A stretch of DNA of 64,000 bases. Source: an uncultured cyanobacterium. GTDB lineage: Bacteria > Cyanobacteriota > Cyanobacteriia > Cyanobacteriales > Cyanobacteriaceae. A model generated the notes under the pieces. That model saw only the letters and a program-made list of their open reading frames with translations, was not told the origin of the DNA and ran no database searches. Both the position numbers and the translations under genes were made by a program. This document shows positions 31,410-42,165 of this stretch, piece by piece (the first letter of the stretch is position 1; every line of letters starts with the position of its first letter). The DNA is taken from NCBI GenBank assembly GCA_963749915.1, contig CAVVOP010000022.1:598681-662680 (forward strand), in the 5' to 3' direction.

Positions 31410-33026
31410 TTAAACCCCGTATTTTTTAATTTGTTCTTCAACATAACTAGTAGGATTTTCTGGATCAAAGCTATCAAACTCTAGGGTTTCAGTACGATAA
31501 ATTTCCTCTGGAGGATTTTGTCCTGTTTCTTTGGCTAATTCTCTGGCTAAGTCAGTCAAGAAAATTTCTTGTCCTAGTTCGTTATATTTACCTTCGACAA
31601 TGATTTCTTTAGCTTTGCCATCTCCTTGTAAATCCCAACGAACTAATTGAGACATAATCCAGTTAGCGAAACTTTGCCAAGGATAAGCGTCAAAATCAAT
31701 ACGATCAGGTATATCAAGGTTGTTACCTAGTCCGTCATCGAATTTACCGGTTAAAACAGCTTCTACCACTTCTACAGGCTGATTGAGGAAAGCACGCTCG
31801 GAGATAGCTTTAGCAATTTCAGGACGGTTCGCGGGTTGGTGAGCGTATCCTGCTGCTTCAATAATCGATTTGTTTAAAGCTCGGAAAGTATTAGGATTAG
31901 CGTTAATCCACTGATCGCTAGCGGCAAAAGCACAACAGGGATGACCAGGCCAAATATCTTTAGTTAATTTGTGGATAAATCCTGCCCCTTCATAGACGGC
32001 CCGTTGGTTGAAAGGATCGGGCATTAGGTAAGCATCAATATCTCCTGCCACCAATTGAGCGATGCTATCTGGTGGGGGCACAGGACGAATTTTCACGTCT
32101 TTATCAGGATCAATTCCTCCCGTTGCTAAGTAGTAACGTAAGAGGAGATTGTGCATCGAATAGGGGAAAGGTACACCGAGTACAAATCCTTTAAAGTCAG
32201 CAGGACCATTTACTTTTCCTTTGTGTTTGTTGGAAATGGTAATTGCTTGTCCATTAATGTTTTCAATACTAGCTAGTTTGACTCCAAATGCCGCCGAACC
32301 TAATCCCAAAGTCATAGCAATAGGCATCGGTGCTAACATATGATATGCGTCTAATTCTCCTGCGATCGCTGAATCTCTTACTGCACCCCAACTAGGCATT
32401 TTAACAACTTTGGCATTCAAACCATATTTTTTATAAAAACCAAGGGGTTCAGACATGATGATAGGAGTTGCACAGGTGATAGGAATAAATCCTATTTGTA
32501 AATCTGTTTTTTCTAAATTGCTTACATCTACAGGAGTTTCAGAAGAAACAGTATCAGGAGTATTGGGGCTGCTACTACAAGCGTTGGCAACTGTAACTAA
32601 TGCTGCACCAACTGCCAAATTTTGTAAAAACCGACGACGACTAAAACCACCACTAAGAATTGCATCACCAAAAAACCGACCGGCTTTGGAACCAAATGCC
32701 GCAGCAAAGGCATTGTCCAAACCACCAGCAATATCAGCTAAGTCCCTAATTAGTTTTTCGGATTTAGGGTTTCCTTTTGATGACATTTTCAAAAATAATT
32801 CTTTGCGTAACTCAGCAGAACTCAGAGCATCAGCGATTTTAAAACTTTCTTCCTTGTAAAGTCCCATTTTTGCCAAATCATCAATCATGTCAATGGGATC
32901 TTCTGGCATGCTTTGCATGAATTCCCAATGTTCTTGAGTTCCATGAAAACGCCCACACTTAATGCATAAATGTTGTGCTTGGCTTAATTCATCTCTTGGA
33001 ATTAGTAATGACTTTTTAGAGTCCAT
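31410..33026 (-). CDS. cynA: Cyanate ABC transporter substrate-binding lipoprotein (NrtA/CmpA family)
   Basis: GFIPITCATP, MLAPMP, SMHNLLLRYYL, WPGHPCC; internal Tat motif SRRRFL and lipobox VANAC. Confidence 0.88.
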   Translation of the reverse strand: MDSKKSLLIPRDELSQAQHLCIKCGRFHGTQEHWEFMQSMPEDPIDMIDDLAKMGLYKEESFKIADALSSAELRKELFLKMSSKGNPKSEKLIRDLADIAGGLDNAFAAAFGSKAGRFFGDAILSGGFSRRRFLQNLAVGAALVTVANACSSSPNTPDTVSSETPVDVSNLEKTDLQIGFIPITCATPIIMSEPLGFYKKYGLNAKVVKMPSWGAVRDSAIAGELDAYHMLAPMPIAMTLGLGSAAFGVKLASIENINGQAITISNKHKGKVNGPADFKGFVLGVPFPYSMHNLLLRYYLATGGIDPDKDVKIRPVPPPDSIAQLVAGDIDAYLMPDPFNQRAVYEGAGFIHKLTKDIWPGHPCCAFAASDQWINANPNTFRALNKSIIEAAGYAHQPANRPEIAKAISERAFLNQPVEVVEAVLTGKFDDGLGNNLDIPDRIDFDAYPWQSFANWIMSQLVRWDLQGDGKAKEIIVEGKYNELGQEIFLTDLARELAKETGQNPPEEIYRTETLEFDSFDPENPTSYVEEQIKKYGV

Positions 33027-33087
33027 AATTGCTTATCTATAACTGATTTAACTTGGGTTTATTAAAATTCTTTTCCCAGAACTTTAT

Positions 33088-33103
33088 TGTAGTTATCGAT
33101 ACA
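33088..33103 (-). promoter_or_regulatory. NtcA binding site upstream of cynA
   Basis: TGTA-N8-TACA (minus strand TGTATCGATAACTACA), with TTTAAT 22 nt downstream as a -10-like element. Confidence 0.8.
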
Positions 33104-33140
33104 GGAGCAGGAGGTTAGCTTAAAATATAATTTTTTAGAA

Positions 33141-33680
33141 TTAATTCCCAAGAGTCGAAGGGGTTTGATTTAATAAAATGGCCAAACTTTTGATCACCTC
33201 AGAAATTCCCTGAACAATTAATAAAATTGGGCTAATAATAATCATGGTTTTAATGGGATAACGAGGCAAACCACCATCATCAGGAGATATTTCCATTATC
33301 TGCCATGAATTAAAAACATATTGCCAAGAAAAATAAATAATCATCCCACAAAAGGGAATTAAGAAAAATAGAACTCCGACAATATTCACTAAGGCTTTAC
33401 CTTTAGAAGACAAATTTTTATAGAAAATATCTACTCTTACATGACTATCTTTTTTGAGAGTATAAGCCGCACCTAAAAAGAAGATTAAATCGAATAAATA
33501 CCATTGTAATTCTATTAAACTATTAGAGCTTAAATTTTCTCCAATTATTCTCCCAATATATCTACCAACTACATTCCATACGCCAATACCAATCATTACC
33601 AACACTAACCAGTAAACAATTTTACCGTACCATTCGGTAATTAAATCAATTATTTGAGCTATTCTCAGTGCTAAACTCAT
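33141..33680 (-). CDS. TRAP transporter small permease (DctQ/GtrA-like)
   Basis: ELQWYLF...F.LGAAYTL....HVRVDIFY, SPD.GGLPRYP. Confidence 0.9.
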   Translation of the reverse strand: MSLALRIAQIIDLITEWYGKIVYWLVLVMIGIGVWNVVGRYIGRIIGENLSSNSLIELQWYLFDLIFFLGAAYTLKKDSHVRVDIFYKNLSSKGKALVNIVGVLFFLIPFCGMIIYFSWQYVFNSWQIMEISPDDGGLPRYPIKTMIIISPILLIVQGISEVIKSLAILLNQTPSTLGN

Positions 33681-33758
33681 AATAAATAGGGTATAAATGA
33701 TGGAATAATGTTAATAATAACATTTCTTTGACTCAGAATAAGGATGTCAGTTTAAACG

Positions 33759-36032
33759 CTATACAATCTCTTCTTTTATTGTGGAAACTGATACCTGGGA
33801 AAAATAAGTTTTCTGTAAGTTCTCTTGCTTAATTATATCTTGAAATTGTTGTCTAATTTGCTTATAAATATGAGGAGAAAATGTTGAGTAAATTTGCTTA
33901 AAAATTATATTGTTTTCTATATTTTCATAAGAAATACCTATCTTTTTGAGGGAATCTAAAGCATATTTTAAGGCTAATTCACTAATGCCAATTTCGTCTA
34001 GTAATTTTTGAATTTCTCTTGTTTCATTTCCCTTAATTGAATATTTAACGATACCGATAAATTTTTGCCACAATTCTTCACTATTTATTTGATTATTATA
34101 GCTATAGGCTAAAACTAAATTTGTTTGAGATGCGATCGCTTTTTGATAATTATGGGTAATTTCTTGCCATTGAAAAGGACATTCTTCTAATAAAATATCA
34201 GGAAAATTATTAGCATTTAAAGACGGGATTTGATAACGATGATCAATAATTGAAGGTAAAGATTTTATAGTAGTATAAAGATTAGAATTTTCTTGACTAA
34301 ATTTAAGATCAACGATTCTAATATAATATTTTTGATCGACAAAATTAAAGTCTAATTCTGCAACTATATCATAAGCATAATTTGGATTAATTTCATTGCC
34401 ATAATGTCCTAACCAAATACCATCAAAACCTTGATCTTGCCGGGTATGATCATAAATTTTAAAATAAGTTTGGATATATTTTCCTTGTTCACCTTTACTT
34501 TTATAGCTTTGACTTTTATTTTTAATATCTTTCAACCAGCAATTTTTTATTAATAATCTAGAATTTAAATTATCAATACTACAGGGCTCAATTAATCTCA
34601 ATTCATGACGTAAATTCTTGCCTAACTCAGCAACAGTAACGACTAAATCAATATTAATAATTGGTCGTAGAAAATTAAGATTAATTGTACTTCTTAATCG
34701 TTGGTTAAGACTATCTCTGAATAAGGAAATGTTTTCTACAGATAAAGACAATTCTATGGTGTCATGATACTTACTAAAACTATGTAGTAATTCCTGTTGA
34801 TGGGTTATTAATTCAGCCAAGTCAATATTACCGATAGAAGAACCATAACCTTTAGCTATCATCGAATTATCATCCATAGACAATAAAATAGTGGGACGGC
34901 CATATTCTTTACTAATAAGATTAGCTATTAATCCTAGGAATTTCACTTCCCATTGACTTTCCATGAGAATAATAACGGCAGTATTTAATATATCTAAATT
35001 GTGTATTTTTTTACGTACTTGATCAAGAATTTTTTTCTGTAAATCTTTAACATTAAAGTGAGCTTTTTCTGCTATGTTAGCTAAATTTTGTGCTAATCTT
35101 TTATCGGTAGTAGTTAATAATTGAAGAGCAAAATCAGTACCATTATGGATATAATTAATCCCATTAATTCTTTGAGCAATACCTTGAGAAATATCCATGG
35201 GCCGATCGCCATTTTTTTGACATAATTTAACTAAAATATCAAGACCCCATCGTTTAGTTTTTTGTAAAATTTGAATGCCTTCTCGTGCTAAATAACGACA
35301 ATCTCCTTTTAGTTTAGTGGCATCTGCTAATAAACCAATGGCCACTAAATCGAGCAAATTGGTAACAGGTTGAGGGGAAATAGTCGGAAATTGTTGATAT
35401 AAAGCTTCTAATAACTTATAAGCGATGGTTACCCCTGAAAGATGGTAAAAAGGGTGATTTTCTGCGAAATTTAAGGGATTTAAGAAAGAAACCACCGTCG
35501 GGCGATCGTCGGGTAGAGTATGATGATCAATTATGATTATATCTATTCCCAAACTTTGAGCATAATCAATTTCTGCGATGTTATGACTACCTGTATCGGC
35601 GGTAATAAGGAGATTAACCCCCTGTTGTTTTAGGGAATCAATGCCCTGGCAACTTAAACCATGAGAAATAGAATAACTTAATTGATTTTCTAGAAGGAAA
35701 AACGGCTTTAAACCTTCCCACAAAACACAAGTAGCCGTGACACCATCAATATTATAACCACCCCAAATAGCAACCGTGTCCCCTTGATTCCATGCCTTTT
35801 CTAAACGTTTTAACCCTTGTATCATTTCTCTGCCAAATTCCCAAGGAGAAGTAGATTGATAATTTTTAGTATCTAAAAACCACCTTAATTGTTGAGAATC
35901 ACGAATACCTCTACCCCATAATAACCTTGTTAAATAATCAGATTTATTTCTGTTCGTGAGATGATTTACTTCCGCAAAAAACCAGTCAGGAATATCACCA
36001 GAAGGATAAATTCTCCATTCAGTTTTCATCAT
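33759..36032 (-). CDS. RecJ-like DHH family protein with degenerate catalytic motifs
   Basis: RecJ layout (ITADTG, IDHH, LSGV..A, LDLVAIG..AD) but motif I reads GGYNIDG and the DHHA1 GGH is absent. Confidence 0.8.
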   Translation of the reverse strand: MMKTEWRIYPSGDIPDWFFAEVNHLTNRNKSDYLTRLLWGRGIRDSQQLRWFLDTKNYQSTSPWEFGREMIQGLKRLEKAWNQGDTVAIWGGYNIDGVTATCVLWEGLKPFFLLENQLSYSISHGLSCQGIDSLKQQGVNLLITADTGSHNIAEIDYAQSLGIDIIIIDHHTLPDDRPTVVSFLNPLNFAENHPFYHLSGVTIAYKLLEALYQQFPTISPQPVTNLLDLVAIGLLADATKLKGDCRYLAREGIQILQKTKRWGLDILVKLCQKNGDRPMDISQGIAQRINGINYIHNGTDFALQLLTTTDKRLAQNLANIAEKAHFNVKDLQKKILDQVRKKIHNLDILNTAVIILMESQWEVKFLGLIANLISKEYGRPTILLSMDDNSMIAKGYGSSIGNIDLAELITHQQELLHSFSKYHDTIELSLSVENISLFRDSLNQRLRSTINLNFLRPIINIDLVVTVAELGKNLRHELRLIEPCSIDNLNSRLLIKNCWLKDIKNKSQSYKSKGEQGKYIQTYFKIYDHTRQDQGFDGIWLGHYGNEINPNYAYDIVAELDFNFVDQKYYIRIVDLKFSQENSNLYTTIKSLPSIIDHRYQIPSLNANNFPDILLEECPFQWQEITHNYQKAIASQTNLVLAYSYNNQINSEELWQKFIGIVKYSIKGNETREIQKLLDEIGISELALKYALDSLKKIGISYENIENNIIFKQIYSTFSPHIYKQIRQQFQDIIKQENLQKTYFSQVSVSTIKEEIV

Positions 36033-36152
36033 AATTTCACCTCACAAAAACTTATAATTATCGTTTTAATAAAAGTTAATAGACCATTAGGAATAGATCT
36101 CTCTGAAAATTAAGAAAGCCTCTTTGAGGAGATAACTGTTCATTTTTAATTA

Positions 36153-37046
36153 TTAATTGTTTAATGCCTGACGTAAATTACCGTCATTTTCTGCTAATAA
36201 AAATTCTGCTTCGGCTAAGGTTTTATTTCCCCAGTGCATCAATAAAGCTAATTTTACCTTAGATCCACTCGCCACTAACAGTTTACTAGCACTTTCTCGA
36301 TCTAAATCCGTTAAATCACTGATAATCCGTAATGCTCGATCCTCTAATTTACTATTAGTGACAGACACATCAATCATGCGATTACCATACACTTTGCCTA
36401 ATTTTACCATCACCCCAGTGGAAATGATATTCAGTGCCATTTTTGTAGCCGTTCCTGCCTTCAAACGAGTTGAACCGGCTAAAATTTCTGCCCCCGTCAA
36501 CAAACGAATATCAATATCCGCCTCGATGGGTACTTGGTTTCGGGGAACACAACTCATGGCGATCGCCACTGCTCCTTGTGTTTTTGCTTCTTTTAATGCT
36601 CCATGAACATAAGGGGTTGTCCCTCCTGCCGTAATTCCTATAACTACATCTAAAACACCGATATGATGATCGATCATAGCCTGAGCACCATCTTCTGGTA
36701 AATCTTCTAGGGCTTCCGAACTTTTCACTAAAGCAGACGCACCTCCTGCTAAAATACCCTGTACCATGTCGGGATTAGTACAGAAGGTGGGGGGACATTC
36801 GGCGGCATCCAACACTCCTAAACGTCCGCTGGTACCCGCTCCAATGTAAAATAAACGTCCTCCCTTCCTCAAGGCTGTGGCTGTAATTTCTATGGTTTGG
36901 GCTAATTCCTCTCTAGCATTGGCGATGGCTTCAATGGTTTTTTGATCTTCCTGATTAAATAAATCAACTATTTCCAGTGCCGAAAGTTTGTCCAAGTTAG
37001 TACTAGCTGTGTTAATTTGCTCTGTTAATAAATGACCACGATTCAT
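36153..37046 (-). CDS. murQ: N-acetylmuramic acid 6-phosphate etherase
   Basis: GAGTSGRLGVLDAAECPPTF, GSTRLKAGTATK, GKVYGNRM. Confidence 0.97.
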   Translation of the reverse strand: MNRGHLLTEQINTASTNLDKLSALEIVDLFNQEDQKTIEAIANAREELAQTIEITATALRKGGRLFYIGAGTSGRLGVLDAAECPPTFCTNPDMVQGILAGGASALVKSSEALEDLPEDGAQAMIDHHIGVLDVVIGITAGGTTPYVHGALKEAKTQGAVAIAMSCVPRNQVPIEADIDIRLLTGAEILAGSTRLKAGTATKMALNIISTGVMVKLGKVYGNRMIDVSVTNSKLEDRALRIISDLTDLDRESASKLLVASGSKVKLALLMHWGNKTLAEAEFLLAENDGNLRQALNN

Positions 37047-37052
37047 AAACTA

Positions 37053-37124
37053 AGTAATAGGTAATGGGTAATAGGTAATGAGGAAGAAATTTATTAATTC
37101 TCAATTCTCAATTCTCAATTCTCA
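37053..37124. repeat. Two adjacent heptamer STRRs (GGTAATA/G)n and (AATTCTC)n
   Basis: agtaata ggtaatg ggtaata ggtaatg; aattctc x4. Confidence 0.8.
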
Positions 37125-37505
37125 AAGCAGTCCCTCGAGTTGACGACGGATGCGTTCCAACTCAAAGGCCGACATTTCAGCCTCAGAAAATTCAGAAGAA
37201 GGAGTATAAACCCCCTCTTCATTCCAATCTGTTTGGGGTACACTGTTTTCAGGAGGAATTTCTAACATTCCCTCACTGATAAACTTCCACTCGTAACCAG
37301 TAGAAAGACAAAATTCCTCAACTTCCTCTCTATCAATAGCCTCCACAGAAGGAGTTGGAAAATCTTGAGCCTCTAATAATAAAGCATAACGAATGGCATC
37401 GTCTTCCGATTCAAAGATTAAGACAAAATCCTGATCTCCAATTTGAATAGTATGGATTCCTTCGTTAGTCGTACCTGAATTATATAAAAGAACGTATGTT
37501 CGCAT
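37122..37505 (-). CDS. DUF3110 family protein
   Basis: NEGIHTI, FE.EDDA.RYALLLEAQDFP, LERIRRQLEGLL. Confidence 0.8.
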   Translation of the reverse strand: MRTYVLLYNSGTTNEGIHTIQIGDQDFVLIFESEDDAIRYALLLEAQDFPTPSVEAIDREEVEEFCLSTGYEWKFISEGMLEIPPENSVPQTDWNEEGVYTPSSEFSEAEMSAFELERIRRQLEGLL

Positions 37506-37539
37506 TTATCTATTCTAATCTAATTAATAATTGATAATT

Positions 37540-38418
37540 TTACTGACAACTATAGGTCGTACTAAGGGTAATAACTATTTCATCAATCCCTCGTACTAAA
37601 GCTGTTCCCGATTGACGGGGACTATTTGCTAAAATGCTAAAAACTAAGGTACCATATTGCTGATGATCTAAATAACCAGATAACGCTCTTACTCCTGACA
37701 AAGTGCCAGTTTTAGCGTGAACAAGCCCTTGTACGGAAGTTTGCTTCATGCGATTGCGCAAAGTGCCACTAATTCCGGCAGTAGGTAAGGAGGCGAAAAA
37801 AATATCCCTTTGGGGATTAAAATACATCGCTTTCAGAGTGTCCACCAAAACCCTGGGAGTAGCTAAGTTTCGACGAGATAATCCTGAGCCATCAGCAAAG
37901 TGGAAGCCCAGAGGATTAATACCTAATTGACTTAAGGTTTGTTTCGCTACCGCACCACCGCCAATTCTTTTCAGAAGAGTATCTGCATAATAATTATTGC
38001 TTCTTAAATTAGTCACCGTCACCCATTCTTGCAGGGATTTATTCGCACTGATTGTTGTTGCGGGGGATAATCGTTGTAAAGCCGCCGCCGTAGTTAGAAT
38101 TTTCATATTAGAGGCAGGAATAAACCCTTGATCGGCATTATAATTATAAATAGTTTCCCCATCCGCTAATCGTTGCACTAAGATACCCCAACCGCCACCA
38201 TAACGTTTAATAATGGTTTCAATAGCAGGGGCAAGAAAATCGCTATTGCAAACGGGTGCATAGGTATTATTTTCTGGAGGAATAACCTCGATGGGAATGG
38301 ATAAAACATCTTGATTATAACTGTTAAGACTTGGAGCAATAGGTTGTGCCGACACCGAACCCGCTGAGATAATGGCGAGAATGGAGATCCAGTGAATGAA
38401 TTGTTGCTTTTTCGGCAT
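37540..38418 (-). CDS. dacB: D-alanyl-D-alanine carboxypeptidase (S13/PBP4 family, compact form)
   Basis: Signal peptide, PASNMK, SNN, DGSGLSR, AKTGTL. Confidence 0.88.
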   Translation of the reverse strand: MPKKQQFIHWISILAIISAGSVSAQPIAPSLNSYNQDVLSIPIEVIPPENNTYAPVCNSDFLAPAIETIIKRYGGGWGILVQRLADGETIYNYNADQGFIPASNMKILTTAAALQRLSPATTISANKSLQEWVTVTNLRSNNYYADTLLKRIGGGAVAKQTLSQLGINPLGFHFADGSGLSRRNLATPRVLVDTLKAMYFNPQRDIFFASLPTAGISGTLRNRMKQTSVQGLVHAKTGTLSGVRALSGYLDHQQYGTLVFSILANSPRQSGTALVRGIDEIVITLSTTYSCQ

Positions 38419-38486
38419 AAGATTAGATTTTGGGTTAACTATAATAATTTTTCAGTATTTTAGCAATTTATTTATAGCAAAAACGG

Positions 38487-39137
38487 ATGAATCAAAATCA
38501 ACCATCGCCAAAGGTAAAAAAAACTAAAACAACAGTTTATCATCTTGTCAGGTCTTTTATCGCTAATCCGATATTTCACCTTTTTTTTCGAGGTACTGTC
38601 AGCGGTATAGAAAAAGTACCCCCCACAGGTAAATTAATTATTGTCAGTAATCATGCTAGTGTTTTTGATCCTCCTTTACTGTCTGCTGCTATTCCCCGTG
38701 CTGTTTGTTATATGGCAAAAGAAGAATTATTCCAAATTCGAGGTTTAAAACAATTAATTACTGCCCTTGGTGCTTATCCCGTCAACCGTGAAGGAGTCGA
38801 TCGAAAAGCCATCCGTGAAGCCGTCTCTCGACTGAAACAGGGATGGGCAACAGGTATTTTTATTGAAGGAACAAGAACTTCAGATGGTAAAATTAAAGAT
38901 CCCAAATTAGGTGCAGCGTTAATTGCGGCAAAAGCTCAAGCCCCTTTATTACCTGTGTGTTTATGTGGCACTGAAAAAATTAGCGTATTAGGGAAAAAAA
39001 TACCTCAATTCGTCAAAATCAACATTAAAATCGGGGATTTAATTCCCCCTCCTACCTCCAGTAAAAAAGAACAATTAGAATTAGTCACTCGTCAATGTGC
39101 TGAAAGTATTAATAATCTTTATGAACAATCATCTTAA
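38487..39137 (+). CDS. plsC: 1-acyl-sn-glycerol-3-phosphate acyltransferase
   Basis: NHAS.FD (HX4D), MAKEELF, FIEGTRT. Confidence 0.9.
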   Translation: MNQNQPSPKVKKTKTTVYHLVRSFIANPIFHLFFRGTVSGIEKVPPTGKLIIVSNHASVFDPPLLSAAIPRAVCYMAKEELFQIRGLKQLITALGAYPVNREGVDRKAIREAVSRLKQGWATGIFIEGTRTSDGKIKDPKLGAALIAAKAQAPLLPVCLCGTEKISVLGKKIPQFVKINIKIGDLIPPPTSSKKEQLELVTRQCAESINNLYEQSS

Positions 39138-39146
39138 TTTGTGTTG

Positions 39147-39626
39147 CTAACAAATAAATTTAGCCGCCGCATTTACTAATTCATCGGCTACCCGTATAGA
39201 ATAAGGTTTAATCAGCCACCAAATGAAGGGGGAAAGCCAGCCTCGGAGGGTTATGGAATAGGAAATATAACTACCACATAAAGTTGATTCTATTTGATAA
39301 GTGATGCGTTGTTCAATCCCCGGAATCGCCAATAACCGAATACTTAACAATTCTCTTGGTCTTACGTTTTCGACAAATACTCGAATAGGAATCGGGGTTA
39401 AACGAGTAACTACCTGAAAAATCAAGCCGGGTTTAGGAATTAAACCTTTAGGTAAATCAGTTTGAGAGAAAAGAGGATGCCATGACATATCCGCCAAGTT
39501 GATTAATTTTCGCCAGACAATATCAACAGGAACAGTTGTCACCACTCGATAGGTTTTATAAAGGGAAAATTGACATAATAATTTACCACCTTCGGCTAAT
39601 AATTTAAAAGAGAAATTCAAAATCAT
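39147..39626 (-). CDS. SRPBCC (polyketide cyclase-like) family protein
   Basis: VW.KL.NLADMSWHPL and beta-rich START-like pattern. Confidence 0.7.
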   Translation of the reverse strand: MILNFSFKLLAEGGKLLCQFSLYKTYRVVTTVPVDIVWRKLINLADMSWHPLFSQTDLPKGLIPKPGLIFQVVTRLTPIPIRVFVENVRPRELLSIRLLAIPGIEQRITYQIESTLCGSYISYSITLRGWLSPFIWWLIKPYSIRVADELVNAAAKFIC

Positions 39627-39891
39627 GATATTTACTGGCTACTTACTGTTGCTGATACTTCTTTCAGAAGTTAGGGAATAGGAAATGGTCACCAACACGA
39701 ATTAATTATTGATTGCAATTGATTTTTTTTATTTTGGCAAATGTCTATTGTTTATTTTTATTATCTTAAGGCTAATGTTTGGTTTTTTCTGTTGCAGAAT
39801 ATTAAGATCTACTAATAATCATAGTCTAATGATGCTCTCACAGTTTAGATTGGTAGATTGTAAGTTATTTTAATAAATATTTCTATATAAT

Positions 39892-40911
39892 ATGGCCACT
39901 ACAGAAGCAACTCCTAAGACTTCTTTTCCTCCCGAAGATGCTAAAGCCAGAGTTAGTCAATTTATGCAAACTCTTCAAGAAGAAATTTGTACAGGTTTAG
40001 AAACACTGGACGGCAAAGGTACATTTAAAGAGGATAGTTGGCAGAGAGAAGAGGGCGGCGGTGGACGATCGAGAGTCCTAACCGAGGGTAATATATTTGA
40101 ACAGGGTGGGGTGAACTTTTCGGAAGTGTGGGGGAATCATTTACCTCCTAGTATTTTACAACAACGTCCTGAAGCTGAAGGTCATTCCTTTTACGCCACT
40201 GGCACATCGATGGTATTGCATCCTAAAAACCCTTATATCCCCACTGTACACCTTAATTACCGGTATTTTGAAGCCGGTCCTGTGTGGTGGTTTGGTGGTG
40301 GTGCTGATTTAACTCCTTATTACCCCTTTGCCGAAGATGCCCACCATTTTCATTCCACTTATAAACAAGCCTGTGATCAACATCATCCCGAATATTACCC
40401 CGTGTTTAAGCGTTGGTGTGATGAGTATTTTTACCTGAAACATCGCAAGGAAACCAGAGGAGTTGGCGGACTGTTTTTTGATTACCAAGACGGCACAGAT
40501 CCTCTTTATCGTGGTCCTCATGCTGATAAAGAAGCCGCTGTTTATAGCCGTTCTTTACCCCCTCAAAATCATCGTACATGGGAGGAATTATTTGCTTTTA
40601 TACAAGATTGTGGTAGAGCTTTTTTACCGGCTTATGTCCCTATCGCCGAAAAACGTCAACACACCGAATATGGCGATCGCCAACGTAACTTCCAATTATA
40701 TCGTCGGGGACGTTATGTCGAATTTAACTTAGTTTATGACAGAGGAACTATTTTCGGATTACAAACCAATGGTAGAACCGAGTCAATATTAATGTCATTA
40801 CCGCCCCTTGTGCGTTGGCAGTACGGCTATCAACCTGAACCGAATACCCCAGAAGCGGAACTATATGAAGTGTTCTTAAAACCCCAGAATTGGGCAGAAT
40901 GGGGCAGTTAA
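39892..40911 (+). CDS. hemF: Oxygen-dependent coproporphyrinogen III oxidase
   Basis: [44 protein letters not shown]. Confidence 0.97.
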   Translation: MATTEATPKTSFPPEDAKARVSQFMQTLQEEICTGLETLDGKGTFKEDSWQREEGGGGRSRVLTEGNIFEQGGVNFSEVWGNHLPPSILQQRPEAEGHSFYATGTSMVLHPKNPYIPTVHLNYRYFEAGPVWWFGGGADLTPYYPFAEDAHHFHSTYKQACDQHHPEYYPVFKRWCDEYFYLKHRKETRGVGGLFFDYQDGTDPLYRGPHADKEAAVYSRSLPPQNHRTWEELFAFIQDCGRAFLPAYVPIAEKRQHTEYGDRQRNFQLYRRGRYVEFNLVYDRGTIFGLQTNGRTESILMSLPPLVRWQYGYQPEPNTPEAELYEVFLKPQNWAEWGS

Positions 40912-40968
40912 CAATTAACAAGGTAGAAAATTCTCCGTAAATTAAATCGTAAATTAAATACAGACGCC

Positions 40969-41004
40969 AAAAAGCACCCCCTAAATTAATAGGGAGTGCT
41001 TTTT
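40969..41004. terminator. Bidirectional intrinsic terminator between hemF and psbA
   Basis: AAAAAGCACCCCCTA-aattaa-TAGGGAGTGCTTTTT. Confidence 0.82.
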
Positions 41005-41025
41005 AGCGATTATTTTGTTGTTAAC

Positions 41026-42093
41026 TTAACCGTTGATTACAGGAGCAGATACAGGTTCTGCACTAGCTAAATCTAAGGGGAAGTTGTGAGCATTACGCTC
41101 GTGCATGACTTCGATTCCGATGTTGGCACGGTTTAATACGTCTGCCCAAGTTCCAATTACATGACCTTGACTATCTAAGATAGACTGGTTGAAGTTGAAT
41201 CCATTTAAGTTGAATGCCATGGTACTTACACCCATTGCGGTGAACCAAATACCAATTACAGGCCATGCACCTAAGAAGAAGTGTAACGCCCGGCTGTTAT
41301 TAAAGGAAGCATATTGGAAGATTAAACGACCAAAGTATCCATGAGCTGCTACGATGTTGTAGGTTTCTTCTTCTTGACCGAATTTGTAACCGTAGTTTAA
41401 AGATTCAGTTTCCGTGGTTTCACGCACTAAAGAAGAGGTTACTAAAGAACCGTGCATTGCTGAGAATAAAGAGCCACCAAACACACCGGCTACACCCAAC
41501 ATATGGAAGGGGTGCATCAAGATGTTATGTTCTGCTTGGAACACAAACATGAAGTTGAATGTTCCGCTAATTCCTAAAGGCATACCATCAGAGAAAGAAC
41601 CTTGACCGATGGGGTAGATTAAGAATACAGCAGTTGCGGCAGATACAGGTGCACTATAGGCAACACAGATCCAAGGACGCATTCCTAAGCGGAAAGATAA
41701 TTCCCACTGACGACCCATATAGCAGAAGATACCGATTAAGAAATGGAATACTACTAATTGGTAAGGACCACCGTTATATAACCACTCATCTAAGGAAGCT
41801 GCTTCCCAAATGGGGTAGAAGTGTAAACCAATAGCGTTAGAAGAAGGAACAACGGCACCGGAGATGATGTTGTTTCCGTATAATAAGGAACCGGCTACAG
41901 GCTCACGAATACCGTCAATGTCAACGGGAGGAGCTGCGATAAAGGCGATAATAAAACAAGTGGTGGCAGTTAACAGAGTAGGGATCATCAAAGTACCGAA
42001 CCAGCCTACGTATAAGCGGTTGTTGGTAGAAGTGATCCACTGACAAAACTGCTCCCATGGGGAAGACTGTTGTTGCTGTAAAGTGGTAGTCAT
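41026..42093 (-). CDS. psbA: Photosystem II D1 protein (Gln130-type, 355 aa)
   Basis: Full D1 sequence; Mn-cluster ligand motifs [25 protein letters not shown] intact. Confidence 0.99.
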   Translation of the reverse strand: MTTTLQQQQSSPWEQFCQWITSTNNRLYVGWFGTLMIPTLLTATTCFIIAFIAAPPVDIDGIREPVAGSLLYGNNIISGAVVPSSNAIGLHFYPIWEAASLDEWLYNGGPYQLVVFHFLIGIFCYMGRQWELSFRLGMRPWICVAYSAPVSAATAVFLIYPIGQGSFSDGMPLGISGTFNFMFVFQAEHNILMHPFHMLGVAGVFGGSLFSAMHGSLVTSSLVRETTETESLNYGYKFGQEEETYNIVAAHGYFGRLIFQYASFNNSRALHFFLGAWPVIGIWFTAMGVSTMAFNLNGFNFNQSILDSQGHVIGTWADVLNRANIGIEVMHERNAHNFPLDLASAEPVSAPVING

Positions 42094-42165
42094 CTTTTTA
42101 TGATTTCTTTAATGTATGTATGATTTTTTCGAGGTACAATTAAGTGATTGCTCACTATAGTAACT

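Noticed and set aside
41026..42093. Rogue or low-oxygen D1 variant
   Set aside because: Mn ligands intact and the Gly80/Phe158/Thr286-equivalent residues are standard
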